Shown: positions 27,030-36,458 of the stretch, in pieces
How positions within the stretch are numbered: the first letter of the stretch is position 1
How the letters are laid out: every line of letters starts with the position of its first letter
NCBI GenBank assembly: GCA_035701045.1
Contig: DASSOB010000018.1
Span: 4,583-68,582, forward strand
Source of the DNA: Sphingomicrobium sp.
GTDB taxonomy: Bacteria; Pseudomonadota; Alphaproteobacteria; Sphingomonadales; Sphingomonadaceae
Reading direction: 5' to 3'
Length of the DNA: 64,000 nucleotides
The notes under the pieces: model-generated
Databases searched by the model: none
Seen by the model: only the letters and a program-made list of their open reading frames with translations
What the model was told of the DNA's origin: nothing
Program-made: the position numbers and the translations under genes

Positions 27030-27135
27030 GCACCTGCCCTTCGCGCGCCGCCACTCGGGACGGCGGTGTAACGAATTCGTTTGAGCGGCGCCAACATTCG
27101 TCGCAACTAGCCGGTGTAGTCACGGGAGATCCGCA

Positions 27136-27558
27136 ATGCAGCCAAGCCCATTGCTCGGACCGGTCGTCACCCTCGTCGCCTGGTCGATCGTGATGCTGTT
27201 TTGGCTGGCGATCGCCCGCGCGCCGTACGTCCGCGGCCGCCTTCCTGACGGCGCCCGGGGCGCGGACGTCGAGCGGGACCACCCGGGCAAGGCGAACTGG
27301 CCCGCGCATAACTACCAGCATCTGATGGAGCAGCCGACGATCTTCTATGCGATCGTCTTCGCTCTGATCCTGATGGGCTTCGACGCGCCGATCAACGTCT
27401 GGCTCGCCTGGGGCTATGTGGGCTTGCGAATCGTCCACAGCATCGTCCAGTCGACCGTGAACATCGTGCGTCTGCGCTTCACGATTTTCCTTCTGTCGAC
27501 TTTGTGCCTGATCGGCCTCACGACTCACGCGGCGCTGAGACTTATCCTCGGGCACTGA
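27136..27558 (+). CDS. MAPEG family membrane protein
   Basis: 140 aa, four helices, HNYQHLMEQPTIFYAIVF. Confidence 0.7.
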   Translation: MQPSPLLGPVVTLVAWSIVMLFWLAIARAPYVRGRLPDGARGADVERDHPGKANWPAHNYQHLMEQPTIFYAIVFALILMGFDAPINVWLAWGYVGLRIVHSIVQSTVNIVRLRFTIFLLSTLCLIGLTTHAALRLILGH

Positions 27559-28780
27559 AACAAGCGGCGAGCTCGACATGGGTCGACCATATGAATTGCC
27601 CGACCGGCCGCAGCCAGTCGAGCGAATAGCCGCCGTCGACCAGAATCCCGGCGTCGCGCGCGAAGGTCGCCGGATTGCAGCTCACATAAGTGATCCGCTG
27701 AACGGTCGAGCCGGCGAGATTGCGGACCTGCTGCTCCGCCCCCGCGCGCGGCGGGTCGAGGATGACGGCGTCAAACCGCTTCAACTCCTCGCGGTCGAGC
27801 GGCCGCCGGTACAAATCGCGATGCTCTACCGCCATCGCCGGAGCAGCGCGCTCGAGAGCCGCGGCCGAATCGCGCGAGGCTTCCGCCGCATAGCCCGCAC
27901 GCGCCGGGAGCGCGAAGGTGCCAAGCCCAGAGAAGAGGTCGGCGACATTCTTCGAATTTCCGACAGCCTCCCTGACCGTCTCGATCAGCGCGATTTCGCC
28001 GTCCTCTGTCGCCTGGAGGAAAGCGCCGACCGGAAACACGACAGGAACCCCGGACAGCGCGATCGTCGCTGGAATCGGTTCATACATTGTCTCCGCGCCG
28101 GTTCCCTGGTCGATACTCAGGCGCGCAAGGCTGTGGCCGGCGGCGAATGACGTCAGCGCTTCAATGGCTTGCAGGCCTTCCGCGCCAACACCGCGCAGGA
28201 GCAAATCGACTCCTTGGTTCACCAACGCGAATTGCACCTCGGCTCCCTTTCGGGGCTGCAGAAGCGCGCCAAGCAGCTCCCGTAGCGGCTGCACCAAGGC
28301 GAACAGCTCCGGCCGCAGGATGTGGCATTCGCGCATGTCCATTATGTGGTGCGACTTCGCGGCGTTGAAGCCGAGCACGACCCCTTTGCCCACGTTCAGT
28401 GCCCGGAGCGTGGCCCGACGGCGGCTCCTTGGCGGCGACAGGTGCGGCGCCCGGATTTCGGTGGTCAGCTCATGCTGCGCCAGGGTCATCTCGATCCGCG
28501 AGACAAGATAGTCGCGATACGCCTCGTCGTCCGCATGCTGGAGCTGGCATCCGCCGCATTCGGGAAAGTGACGGCATGGCGGTTCCTGGTGATGCGGTCC
28601 CGGCGCCAGAGCGCCATCATCGAGCAGAGCGTCGCCTGGCACGCCGAACGGCACGTGCCGCCCGCTTTCCGTCACCCCGTCGCCGCGGGCGGCGATCCGG
28701 ACGATCAGTTCCGCCCGCTCGCCTCTCTCGCCCAGCGCCGTGTCAGCTCCCCGCGAGCTCGTTGGCGAGCGCATCGGCAT
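27542..28780 (-). CDS. Class I SAM-dependent RNA (uracil-5-)-methyltransferase, RumA/TrmA family
   Basis: Cys cluster CRHFPECGGCQLQH, SAM motif DLFSGLGTFAL, catalytic YVSCNPATFARD. Overlaps the upstream peptidase gene by 38 nt. Confidence 0.8.
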   Translation of the reverse strand: MPMRSPTSSRGADTALGERGERAELIVRIAARGDGVTESGRHVPFGVPGDALLDDGALAPGPHHQEPPCRHFPECGGCQLQHADDEAYRDYLVSRIEMTLAQHELTTEIRAPHLSPPRSRRRATLRALNVGKGVVLGFNAAKSHHIMDMRECHILRPELFALVQPLRELLGALLQPRKGAEVQFALVNQGVDLLLRGVGAEGLQAIEALTSFAAGHSLARLSIDQGTGAETMYEPIPATIALSGVPVVFPVGAFLQATEDGEIALIETVREAVGNSKNVADLFSGLGTFALPARAGYAAEASRDSAAALERAAPAMAVEHRDLYRRPLDREELKRFDAVILDPPRAGAEQQVRNLAGSTVQRITYVSCNPATFARDAGILVDGGYSLDWLRPVGQFIWSTHVELAACFSARG

Positions 28781-30794
28781 GATAGACTTTCCGCAGCGCC
28801 TCGCTCACCGCCGCGGTCGAGACCGACACCGCCCGGTTCAACACCGGATCGTAGCCATAATTGCCGCCGAGGCTGTGGATGTTGCCGTCGAACACCGCGC
28901 CGATCACCTCGCCCTTGGCATTGATCAGCGGCGAGCCCGAATTGCCGCCGATGATGTCGTTGGACGTCGAAATGTTGAACACTGTGTTGGGGTTGAGGGA
29001 ATTCTTCGCCGCGATCCAGCGCGGATCGAGGTCGAACGGCGGCTTGCCCGTCGCGCGCTCGTAAAGGCCCTTGAAGTAAGTGAAGGGCGGGACCGTCGTT
29101 CCATTGTAGGTCCATCCCTCGATCTTCCCATAGGACAAGCGGAGCGTGAAGGTCGCGTCGGGATAGACCTTGTCGCCATAAGCGGCGAAGCGCGCCTTCG
29201 CGATCTTCTCCGAAGCCGCCGCGATCGGTCCAGTGACGCGATTGTCCCATTGGGTCCTGAGCTTCCGCGCTTCGGGGTCGATCCTGAGCACGTAGCGGAT
29301 CATCGGGTCGTTGGACGCCTGGATAGCCGACCAGCCACCGTCCCACAGCGCCTTCCTGACCGCCGCGTCGCCGAGCTTCGACTGCGCCAGCGCGGCCGAC
29401 AGATCCTCCGGGCTGTCGCGGCCGAGCAGCAGGTGGGTGTAGGCGTTGTCCGCCGTCAGATATTCCCTCGCCTTCGACAGCCAGAATTCGAGCAACTGCT
29501 GCTCGAGCGCCGGCTCGATGGGCTTTACGTCCAACACCTGCTTTTCGAGCAGCGGCAGCCGGCTGTCAGAATAACCAGGGAGACGTTCTGCCGACGGCTT
29601 CTGCCGCTCCGCCGCCGCGCGGACCAGGGTTCGAGCGTAATCGAACAGGTCCGACCCGATCGGCCCGCTTTCGACGAACCGGTACGGCAGGTACAAGGCG
29701 CGCAGGTCGTTCTGCGCGCCGGCGATCGTGGTCCAGGGCTCGGCGCCGAGGCCCAGGCTCGTTGCTTTCGATTTCAGCGCCGTCTCGTCGGTGCGCTTTT
29801 TGGCCAGGAGATCGCCGCCGTTCAGCGCGAACAGCCGCCCGAAATAGACCTTGTAGGAATTCTCCAGTCCGAACAGCAGGTCCTGCGCGATTCGCTTGTG
29901 CTCGGCGGATTCTTCGCTGAAGCGAATCAGGCGCCCGCGGAGCTCCGAGAACTGGACGAGAGTCATCGGGATTTGCAGATCGCGCTGGGTCTCGAGCTGA
30001 GCGACCGTCAGCTGGCGGTCGGTCCCGCCCGGATTGCCCGCGATGAACACTGGCTCGTCCGCCTTGGGAGCGCTCGCGTTCCACTTCAAATGGTCCAGCG
30101 TCACAACCGGCTTTCCGTTCTCGTAGAGCCGCACGAACGCGCTATCGAGGTCGTAGCGCGGGAAGTTGAAATTGTCGGGATCGCCGCCGAAAAAGGCGGT
30201 CTGGACACCCGGCGAGAAAACCAGCCGGACATCGGAAAATTTCCGGTATTTGTACAGCTTATACTGGCCGCCGTGGTAAAGGTCGACAACCTGGCAACGG
30301 AACTTCTGGTCGTCCCCGCAGGCCTGCTTCTCGATCGTCGACGAGGCCGCGGTGCGCGCCTTCACCAGCGCCTCGCCGGTCAGCCCCTTGCCCGCCGCCT
30401 GCATCTGCGGCGTGACGTCGCTGATCGATGTCAGGATTTCGGCCTGCATTCCGGCGCACTTGTGCTCTTCCTCGCGCCCCTTCGCGACATAGCCGTGCGT
30501 GAAATAGTCGTTTTCCTTGCTCGACAGATCCTGCGCGCATCCGGCGACGCAGTGATTGTTGGTCAGCACCAGCGCCTCACCGGTGACGACCGAAGCCGAG
30601 CAGCCCGTCGACAGGCGCACCGCTGCGCCGCGGACATGGTCGAGCCACGCCTGGTCGATCGACGTGCCATATTTGGCGTTGACCGTTGCAATCGGGAAAT
30701 TGTCGAACGTCCACATGCCTTCGTCCGCCGCGGCGGACGACGAAATCAGGCACGCGCCGGTCGCCAGCAGGCCGGCAAGCAGTTTCGAATTCAT
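28743..30794 (-). CDS. S46 family peptidase (dipeptidyl-peptidase 7/11-like)
   Basis: 683 aa with a signal peptide. DEGMWTF, CSASVVTGEALVLTNNHC, GGNSGSPLINAKGEVIG. Confidence 0.85.
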   Translation of the reverse strand: MNSKLLAGLLATGACLISSSAAADEGMWTFDNFPIATVNAKYGTSIDQAWLDHVRGAAVRLSTGCSASVVTGEALVLTNNHCVAGCAQDLSSKENDYFTHGYVAKGREEEHKCAGMQAEILTSISDVTPQMQAAGKGLTGEALVKARTAASSTIEKQACGDDQKFRCQVVDLYHGGQYKLYKYRKFSDVRLVFSPGVQTAFFGGDPDNFNFPRYDLDSAFVRLYENGKPVVTLDHLKWNASAPKADEPVFIAGNPGGTDRQLTVAQLETQRDLQIPMTLVQFSELRGRLIRFSEESAEHKRIAQDLLFGLENSYKVYFGRLFALNGGDLLAKKRTDETALKSKATSLGLGAEPWTTIAGAQNDLRALYLPYRFVESGPIGSDLFDYARTLVRAAAERQKPSAERLPGYSDSRLPLLEKQVLDVKPIEPALEQQLLEFWLSKAREYLTADNAYTHLLLGRDSPEDLSAALAQSKLGDAAVRKALWDGGWSAIQASNDPMIRYVLRIDPEARKLRTQWDNRVTGPIAAASEKIAKARFAAYGDKVYPDATFTLRLSYGKIEGWTYNGTTVPPFTYFKGLYERATGKPPFDLDPRWIAAKNSLNPNTVFNISTSNDIIGGNSGSPLINAKGEVIGAVFDGNIHSLGGNYGYDPVLNRAVSVSTAAVSEALRKVYHADALANELAGS

Positions 30795-30834
30795 GATGCG
30801 GTCCCTCCCCCCTTCGCTGTCCGACCCATGCCGC

Positions 30835-32211
30835 TCAGAGATGGTCTCGGCAAGCTCTATCCAGCGCCTGAGGGATCGCCGCCGCGAGATCGTCGACGAT
30901 CATGTGCGGACCGGCGATCTCCGCGGCGCGGCCATGAAGCCAGACGGCGGCGCAGGCGGCCTCGAACGCCGGCAACCCCCTCGCGCGCATGGCAGCGATG
31001 ATTCCCGCAAGCACATCCCCCGTCCCGGCGGTGGCCAGCCAGCGAGGCGCCCCTGGCGAAAAGCCGAGTCTGCCATCGGGCGAGGCGACGAGCGTGTCGG
31101 GGCCCTTGTACACGACGACGGCCCCGGTGCCTCGCGCCGCCTCCAGCGCGCGCTCCGGCTTCGAGCCGGGAAGCTCACCGAACAATTTGCGGAACTCGCC
31201 TTCGTGCGGCGTGATGATTGCGCCCTGGCCTTTGAGCCGCTCGGGTTCGCCGAGATGCGTAATCGCGTCGGCGTCGATTACCTTGGGAGCCTTGGACGTC
31301 AGCGCCAGAGTCAGCACCTGCGGCAGGTCGCCGAGGCCCGGCCCAACGAGCAGGCAGCCAATGCGCTCGTCGTTCACTGGGGCGCTGTCGATCTGCACGA
31401 TCGCCGACGGTAGAGCGTCGATCGGACGCGAGGTGCTGACCTGGACGTAACCCGCTCCGGCCCGAGCAGCAGCTTTGGCTGCGAGCGCGATTGCGCCGGG
31501 CATTGCTCCCGCCAGCGCGTGAACCAGGCCGCGATCGTATTTGTGACCGCCCGGATCGAGGGGCGGAAGTTGTGGAGCGGCGATTTCGTGCCAGTCTCGA
31601 TCGGCCTCGATGCCGATATCTCCAAACACGAGCCGACCGCATTTATGCATCGACGAATGCAGCAGATGCGCGGGCTTCAGCGCACCGAAGGTGACGGTCA
31701 TATCGAAGCGCGGGACGAGGCCAAGCTCCACGCCGCTGTCCGTTTCGACTCCGCTGGGCAAATCGCATGCAATGCTGACGACCGCGGATTCGCACAGACG
31801 GGAAAGTTCTTCTGAAACAGCAGGATCGATCGCCCGCTTCAGGCCGGTTCCGAACAGGGCATCAATCACCAACGGCTCGCGCGCGGTATCATTCGACAGC
31901 GCCTCTACATCTCCCTGCCACTGCGACCGCGCCCAGATCGCCGCCCCGCTCTTCGGTTCGGCCAGAGACGCCACACGCACCTTCACGCCGCGTTTTGCGA
32001 GGTGGCGCGCCGCGACATAGCCGTCGCCGCCGTTGTTGCCGGGTCCGGTGAGCACGAGTGCCGGGATCGGGCCGGCGAAGCGGTACACGGCTTCGGCGAG
32101 CGCCTCCCCTGCCCGCTCCATCAGCTGCTCGACGCTGCTGCCCCCGTCGATCACCGCCTGCTCGGCGGCGCGCATTGCTTCGGCGGTGAGGATCGGCCGG
32201 CCGGTGACCAT
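30835..32211 (-). CDS. nnr: Bifunctional NAD(P)H-hydrate epimerase / ADP-dependent dehydratase
   Basis: Likely start ATG 32211 (MVTGRPILTAEAMRAAEQ). GPGNNGGDGYV, HKYDRG, TAGTGDVLAG. Confidence 0.85.
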   Translation of the reverse strand: MVTGRPILTAEAMRAAEQAVIDGGSSVEQLMERAGEALAEAVYRFAGPIPALVLTGPGNNGGDGYVAARHLAKRGVKVRVASLAEPKSGAAIWARSQWQGDVEALSNDTAREPLVIDALFGTGLKRAIDPAVSEELSRLCESAVVSIACDLPSGVETDSGVELGLVPRFDMTVTFGALKPAHLLHSSMHKCGRLVFGDIGIEADRDWHEIAAPQLPPLDPGGHKYDRGLVHALAGAMPGAIALAAKAAARAGAGYVQVSTSRPIDALPSAIVQIDSAPVNDERIGCLLVGPGLGDLPQVLTLALTSKAPKVIDADAITHLGEPERLKGQGAIITPHEGEFRKLFGELPGSKPERALEAARGTGAVVVYKGPDTLVASPDGRLGFSPGAPRWLATAGTGDVLAGIIAAMRARGLPAFEAACAAVWLHGRAAEIAGPHMIVDDLAAAIPQALDRACRDHL

Positions 32212-32222
32212 GACCCTGCGCT

Positions 32223-33041
32223 CTAGCGCAGGAAGGTCGCGAGGCGCCACCATTCGCGCGGAACCGCTTCCGATGCCACATCGCGCGACTCTTCGCTGTC
32301 GAACAAAGCGAAACAGGTCGCGCCCGAGCCCGACATCCGGGCGAACGTCGTGCCGGGCTGGAGGCCGAGCCAGGCGAGGATGGATTCAATTTGTGGCACG
32401 AGCGCAATCGCCGGCGCTTCGAGATCGTTGCCCCCGTCGCGCCAGTCGCCGAGCGGCCCACGGTCCACCCCGTCCCAGCCCGCATAGACCCCCGCTGTCG
32501 AGACCGGCATCCGGGGGTTCACCAGGAGCACCGGTGTTCCCGACAATTCGCCGAGTTCGACGGGCGCCAGTTGGTCGCCCGCGCCCTCGCCGCGTGCTGG
32601 CAGGCTCAGCAGGCAGACGGGGACATCGCTGCCGATTGCGGGCGCGACGGCGGACGCATGGGCGGGATCGATGCGCCACAATGACGTCAGCAGCCGAAGC
32701 GCCGCGGCGGCATCGGCCGACCCGCCGCCGATCCCCGAGGCAACAGGCAATCTCTTGTCGAGCATGAGCGCCGCGCCTTCCTCAACCCCCGCGGCCGCCG
32801 CAAGGAGGCGCGCGGCCTTGAGAACGAGATTATCATCTCCAGAAGAAAGCTCGGCACCGTGGGGGCCGGTCACCGTCAGGGACAGTCCCTCGTCGAGGGA
32901 CTGTCCCTCGGCTGTCAGCCAGTCGCCGTCGGTGCAGAAAGCAAAAATCGTCTCGATCGCGTGCCGTCCGTCGGGCAGCTTGCCGCGCACATGCAGTGCG
33001 AGATTGAGCTTGGCCGGCGCGATCTCGCGCTGCGTGCTCAA
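32223..33041 (-). CDS. ispE: 4-diphosphocytidyl-2-C-methyl-D-erythritol kinase
   Basis: TTG 33041 overlaps the upstream stop (TTGA). APAKLNLALHV, KRLPVASGIGGGSADAAA, MSGSGATCFALF. Confidence 0.85.
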   Translation of the reverse strand: MSTQREIAPAKLNLALHVRGKLPDGRHAIETIFAFCTDGDWLTAEGQSLDEGLSLTVTGPHGAELSSGDDNLVLKAARLLAAAAGVEEGAALMLDKRLPVASGIGGGSADAAAALRLLTSLWRIDPAHASAVAPAIGSDVPVCLLSLPARGEGAGDQLAPVELGELSGTPVLLVNPRMPVSTAGVYAGWDGVDRGPLGDWRDGGNDLEAPAIALVPQIESILAWLGLQPGTTFARMSGSGATCFALFDSEESRDVASEAVPREWWRLATFLR

Positions 33042-34688
33042 GGCGCCGCGTCTGCCGTCGTCAGGCCGGACTCGAGCTTGGCCTTCACCCGCGTCGCAAC
33101 ATCGTCCTCGGCTGTAACCAGCGCCGCGTTCCAGGCAAAGCGCGCTTCCATCCGCCGTCCCGACGTATAGAGCGCATCCCCCAGATGCTCCTGGATTTCG
33201 GCCTGATCGGGGTCCTTCTCGGCCGCGCTTTGCAGGGTCGCGATCGCTTCCTCGACCTTGCCGCGCTTGAACTGCGCCCAGCCCAGCGAATCCGTGATCG
33301 ACGCATTGTCCGGCGCGAGCTCGCTCGCCTTGCGGATCATCGCTTCGGCCGATTCCATATTTTCGCCGCGCTCGAGCTGGGCATAGCCGAGAAAATTGAG
33401 CAGCAGAGGCTGATTGGGCGCAATGACCAGTGCCTGCTGGAGTGCCTGTTTCGCCTCGGGCCAGCGATTGCCTTCCTCGAGCGCGCCAGCGCGAAGCAGG
33501 AGCAGCGGCCACAATTCGCTGTTGAGTCCCTGCGCCTTCGCAAGTGCCGCGGCACGGCCATAGGAATCGGCGGCATCGTTATGCCGGTTCATCGCCTCAT
33601 AGACATCGCCGAGCCGCGAAAAATCGGCCATACCCGCGTTCTTGTCGGCCGCTGCCGCCGCGGCGATGGCATAAGCCTCGTTGACCCGCTTGTTTTCGTT
33701 GAGGATTCTCACCTGCACGTCGCGGACCTGCGAAATCAGCGGATCGTTTGCCGGAATGGCCTTCAGCAGCGCCAGCCCGTCGTCGGCGCGGTCTTGCGCT
33801 TCCAGAAGAAGAGCGAGGAGCGCGACGGCGCTGCTGTTATGCGGGTCTGCGTAGCGCGCGACCTGAACCAGCCCGACTGGAGGCGCCGCCTGTTGCACGC
33901 GCGCAAGATCGGCGGTGAACGCGGTCAGGATTGCGCTGAGGGCCTTGGCCGAATTGTCGATCGCCACGCCGCTCGGGCGTCCCGAAAGCACGCGCTGACG
34001 CGCCGCGGCGGCGTCGCCTTCCATGCCATCCAGCATGGCGAGAGCGCGCGTTCGATCGCCTGCGGCAAGAAAGCCGTCCGAGAGCGCTAACCTGACGTGA
34101 GTCTCACGCGCTCCTGCATTGCCGATGGCCCGCCGGGCGAAAGGCTCAGCATCCGCCGTTCGACGAAATTTGAGCAGAATGAGCGCCTGCTCCTCGGCGC
34201 GGAGCGGCGCCAGCAGGCTCTTCGAAGAGACCGTGGCGATGCTTGCAAGCGCGGCGCGCGCATCCCCGCGATCCGCCGCGTCCCATGCGGTCAGGAACGG
34301 AGCCAGGAACGAGAGATCGCCACGCTCGCCTCCGGCGTTCAGCCAGCCCAATGCCTGCTGGAGCCTGTGGTGCTTGACCTCATCCGTCACGAGCAGCAGC
34401 CGGGCGTCGGTCGGAAGCTTGGCCGCGGGAAGGCTTCGCGCGAGCCTCAGCGCCAGGTCGAACTGCCCGGCGCCAATCGCTTCGACGAGGGCGCTCCGCG
34501 CGATCCCGGTATGTCCCGGCTCCGCCTCGGCGAGGCCGGCAAGCAACTCGGCCGAGCGCGCATGATCGCCGTTGATCGCCGCGGCGCGCGCCTCGACATA
34601 GGTTCGCGCCGGGTCGCCGACGCTCAGCCGCGTCGCGCCGGCGGCAACCGGAACCGACAACAATACGGCCGCCGCCGCACCGAGCCAT
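33038..34688 (-). CDS. Periplasmic TPR-repeat protein (start unresolved)
   Basis: Multiple TPR units, e.g. AKQALQQALVIAPNQPLLLNFLGYAQ. The signal-like AAAAVLLSVPVAAGA lies just after the ETF-QO stop, but ATG 34688 is 1 nt out of frame with it. Confidence 0.6.
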
Positions 34689-36338
34689 CTACATATTGGG
34701 GTAATTGGGGCCTCCTCCGCCTTCGGGCGTGACCCAGTTGATGTTCTGGGTGGGATCCTTGATGTCGCACGTCTTGCAATGGACGCAATTCTGGGCGTTG
34801 ATCTGGAGCCTCGGTTCGCCATTCTCGCCATCGACAAATTCGTAAACGCCCGCCGGACAGTATCGCTGCTCGGGGCCGGCATAGACCGGCAGGTTCACGG
34901 CCGTGGGTATATCAGCGTCCTTGAGTGTCAGATGAACCGGCTGGTCCTCTTCATGATTGGTGTTCGACACGAACACCGATGACAGGAGGTCGAACGTAAG
35001 TACGCCGTCGGGCTTGGGATAGTCGATCGGAGCGGCCTGGTCCTTCTGCCGAAGAGTGGTGTGGTCCGCCTTATGCTTCAGCGTCCAGGGAAGACCGATG
35101 CCCAGATAATTGAGCCACATGTCGATCCCGGCGTAGAGCGTACCGACCATTCCGCCCCAATGCGCGACGGCCGGCTGCGCGTTGCGGACCGACCAGAGTT
35201 CGGTCGCCACCCAGCTTTTGTGCAGCGCCGTGGGATAGGTTGCCAGCATGTCGCCGGAACGGCCGTTCGCGACCGCCTCGAACGCCGCTTCGGCCGCCAC
35301 CATCGCGGACTTCATCGCCGTATGCGTGCCTTTGATCCTCGGCACGTTCACGAACCCCGCCGAACAGCCGATCAACGCGCCGCCGGGAAACACCAGCTTC
35401 GGAACTGCCTGATAGCCGCCTTCGTTGATTGCCCTCGCGCCGTAGGACACGCGCCGCCCGCCCTCGATCTCGGAGCGGATCGCCGGGTGCGTCTTCCAGC
35501 GCTGCATCTCCTCGAAGGGCGAGAGATAGGGATTCGTATAATCGAGCGAGACGATGAAGCCGAGCGCGACCTGATTGTTTTCCTGGTGGTAAAGGAATCC
35601 TCCGCCCCATGCGTCGGTGAGCGGCCAGCCTTGCGTGTGGATCACTCTCCCGGGCTTATGTTTCTCGGGAGGAACGTCCCATAATTCCTTGACTCCCAAT
35701 CCATAAACCTGCGGGCCGCTCTCCTGGCGCAGCTCGAACAATTCGGTCAGGCGCTTGGTCAGGCTGCCGCGAGCGCCCTCGGCGAACAGGGTGTAGCGCG
35801 CGTGAAGCTCGATCCCCGGCTGATAGTCCGCGCGATGGCTGCCGTCGCGGGCGATGCCCATGTCACCGGTCGCGACGCCTTTCACCGATCCATCCTCGTT
35901 GAACAGGATTTCCGCCGCCGGAAAGCCGGGGAAGATTTCGACCCCCAGCTCTTCCGCCTGCCCGGCCAGCCAGCGGCAGAGATTGCCGAGACTCAGCGTG
36001 TACTTGCCCTTGTTGCTCATGAACGGCGGCATGACGAAATGCGGGAACCCGAATTTCCCTTTCCGGGTCAGCACCCAATGGTGATTTTCGGTGACCGGCA
36101 CAGTCAGCGGCGACCCCTTGTCCTTCCAGTCGGGGATCAGCTCGTTGAGCGCCTTCGGGTCGATCACTGCCCCCGAGAGGATGTGCGCGCCGACCTCGCT
36201 CCCTTTTTCGAGAATGCAGACCGAAAGTTCGCGCCCCGCTGCACTGGCGAGCTGCTTCAGGCGGATCGCCGCGCTCAGACCCGCCGGCCCCGCGCCGACG
36301 ATCACCACGTCATAAGCCATGGATTCGCTCTGGCTCAT
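34689..36338 (-). CDS. Electron transfer flavoprotein-ubiquinone oxidoreductase
   Basis: Start ATG 36338 after GGAGAGGAG. FAD motif DVVIVGAGPAGLSAA. C-terminal 4Fe-4S region NCVHCKTCDIKDP. Confidence 0.9.
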   Translation of the reverse strand: MSQSESMAYDVVIVGAGPAGLSAAIRLKQLASAAGRELSVCILEKGSEVGAHILSGAVIDPKALNELIPDWKDKGSPLTVPVTENHHWVLTRKGKFGFPHFVMPPFMSNKGKYTLSLGNLCRWLAGQAEELGVEIFPGFPAAEILFNEDGSVKGVATGDMGIARDGSHRADYQPGIELHARYTLFAEGARGSLTKRLTELFELRQESGPQVYGLGVKELWDVPPEKHKPGRVIHTQGWPLTDAWGGGFLYHQENNQVALGFIVSLDYTNPYLSPFEEMQRWKTHPAIRSEIEGGRRVSYGARAINEGGYQAVPKLVFPGGALIGCSAGFVNVPRIKGTHTAMKSAMVAAEAAFEAVANGRSGDMLATYPTALHKSWVATELWSVRNAQPAVAHWGGMVGTLYAGIDMWLNYLGIGLPWTLKHKADHTTLRQKDQAAPIDYPKPDGVLTFDLLSSVFVSNTNHEEDQPVHLTLKDADIPTAVNLPVYAGPEQRYCPAGVYEFVDGENGEPRLQINAQNCVHCKTCDIKDPTQNINWVTPEGGGGPNYPNM

Positions 36339-36458
36339 CCGCTCCTCTCCGGTTCCGCTACGCGCCGTTCGCCGCATCTCGTCGCGGCCGCAACACAATT
36401 CGACTCATCTGCCCTGCCAACTCCTTGACCGTGGCGTCAATGGCAGGGAGGAAGAAGT

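Noticed and set aside
28740-31001. 753-aa plus-strand ORF. Similar long antisense ORFs occur at 13963-15618, 8909-10258, 49935-51128, 56160-57287, 33185-34090 and 51827-52936.
   Set aside because: All lie opposite well-supported conserved genes (S46 peptidase, dnaX, the MscS gene, trmFO, eno, the TPR gene, and the EF-hand and SQS-like genes). All have low-complexity Arg/Ala/Gly-rich products.
35401-35426. Perfect GGAAC-N17-CGTT match on the plus strand.
   Set aside because: It lies inside ETF-QO, antisense to it, with no plus-strand gene for about 1 kb downstream. A few chance matches to this motif are plausible in a window this size.
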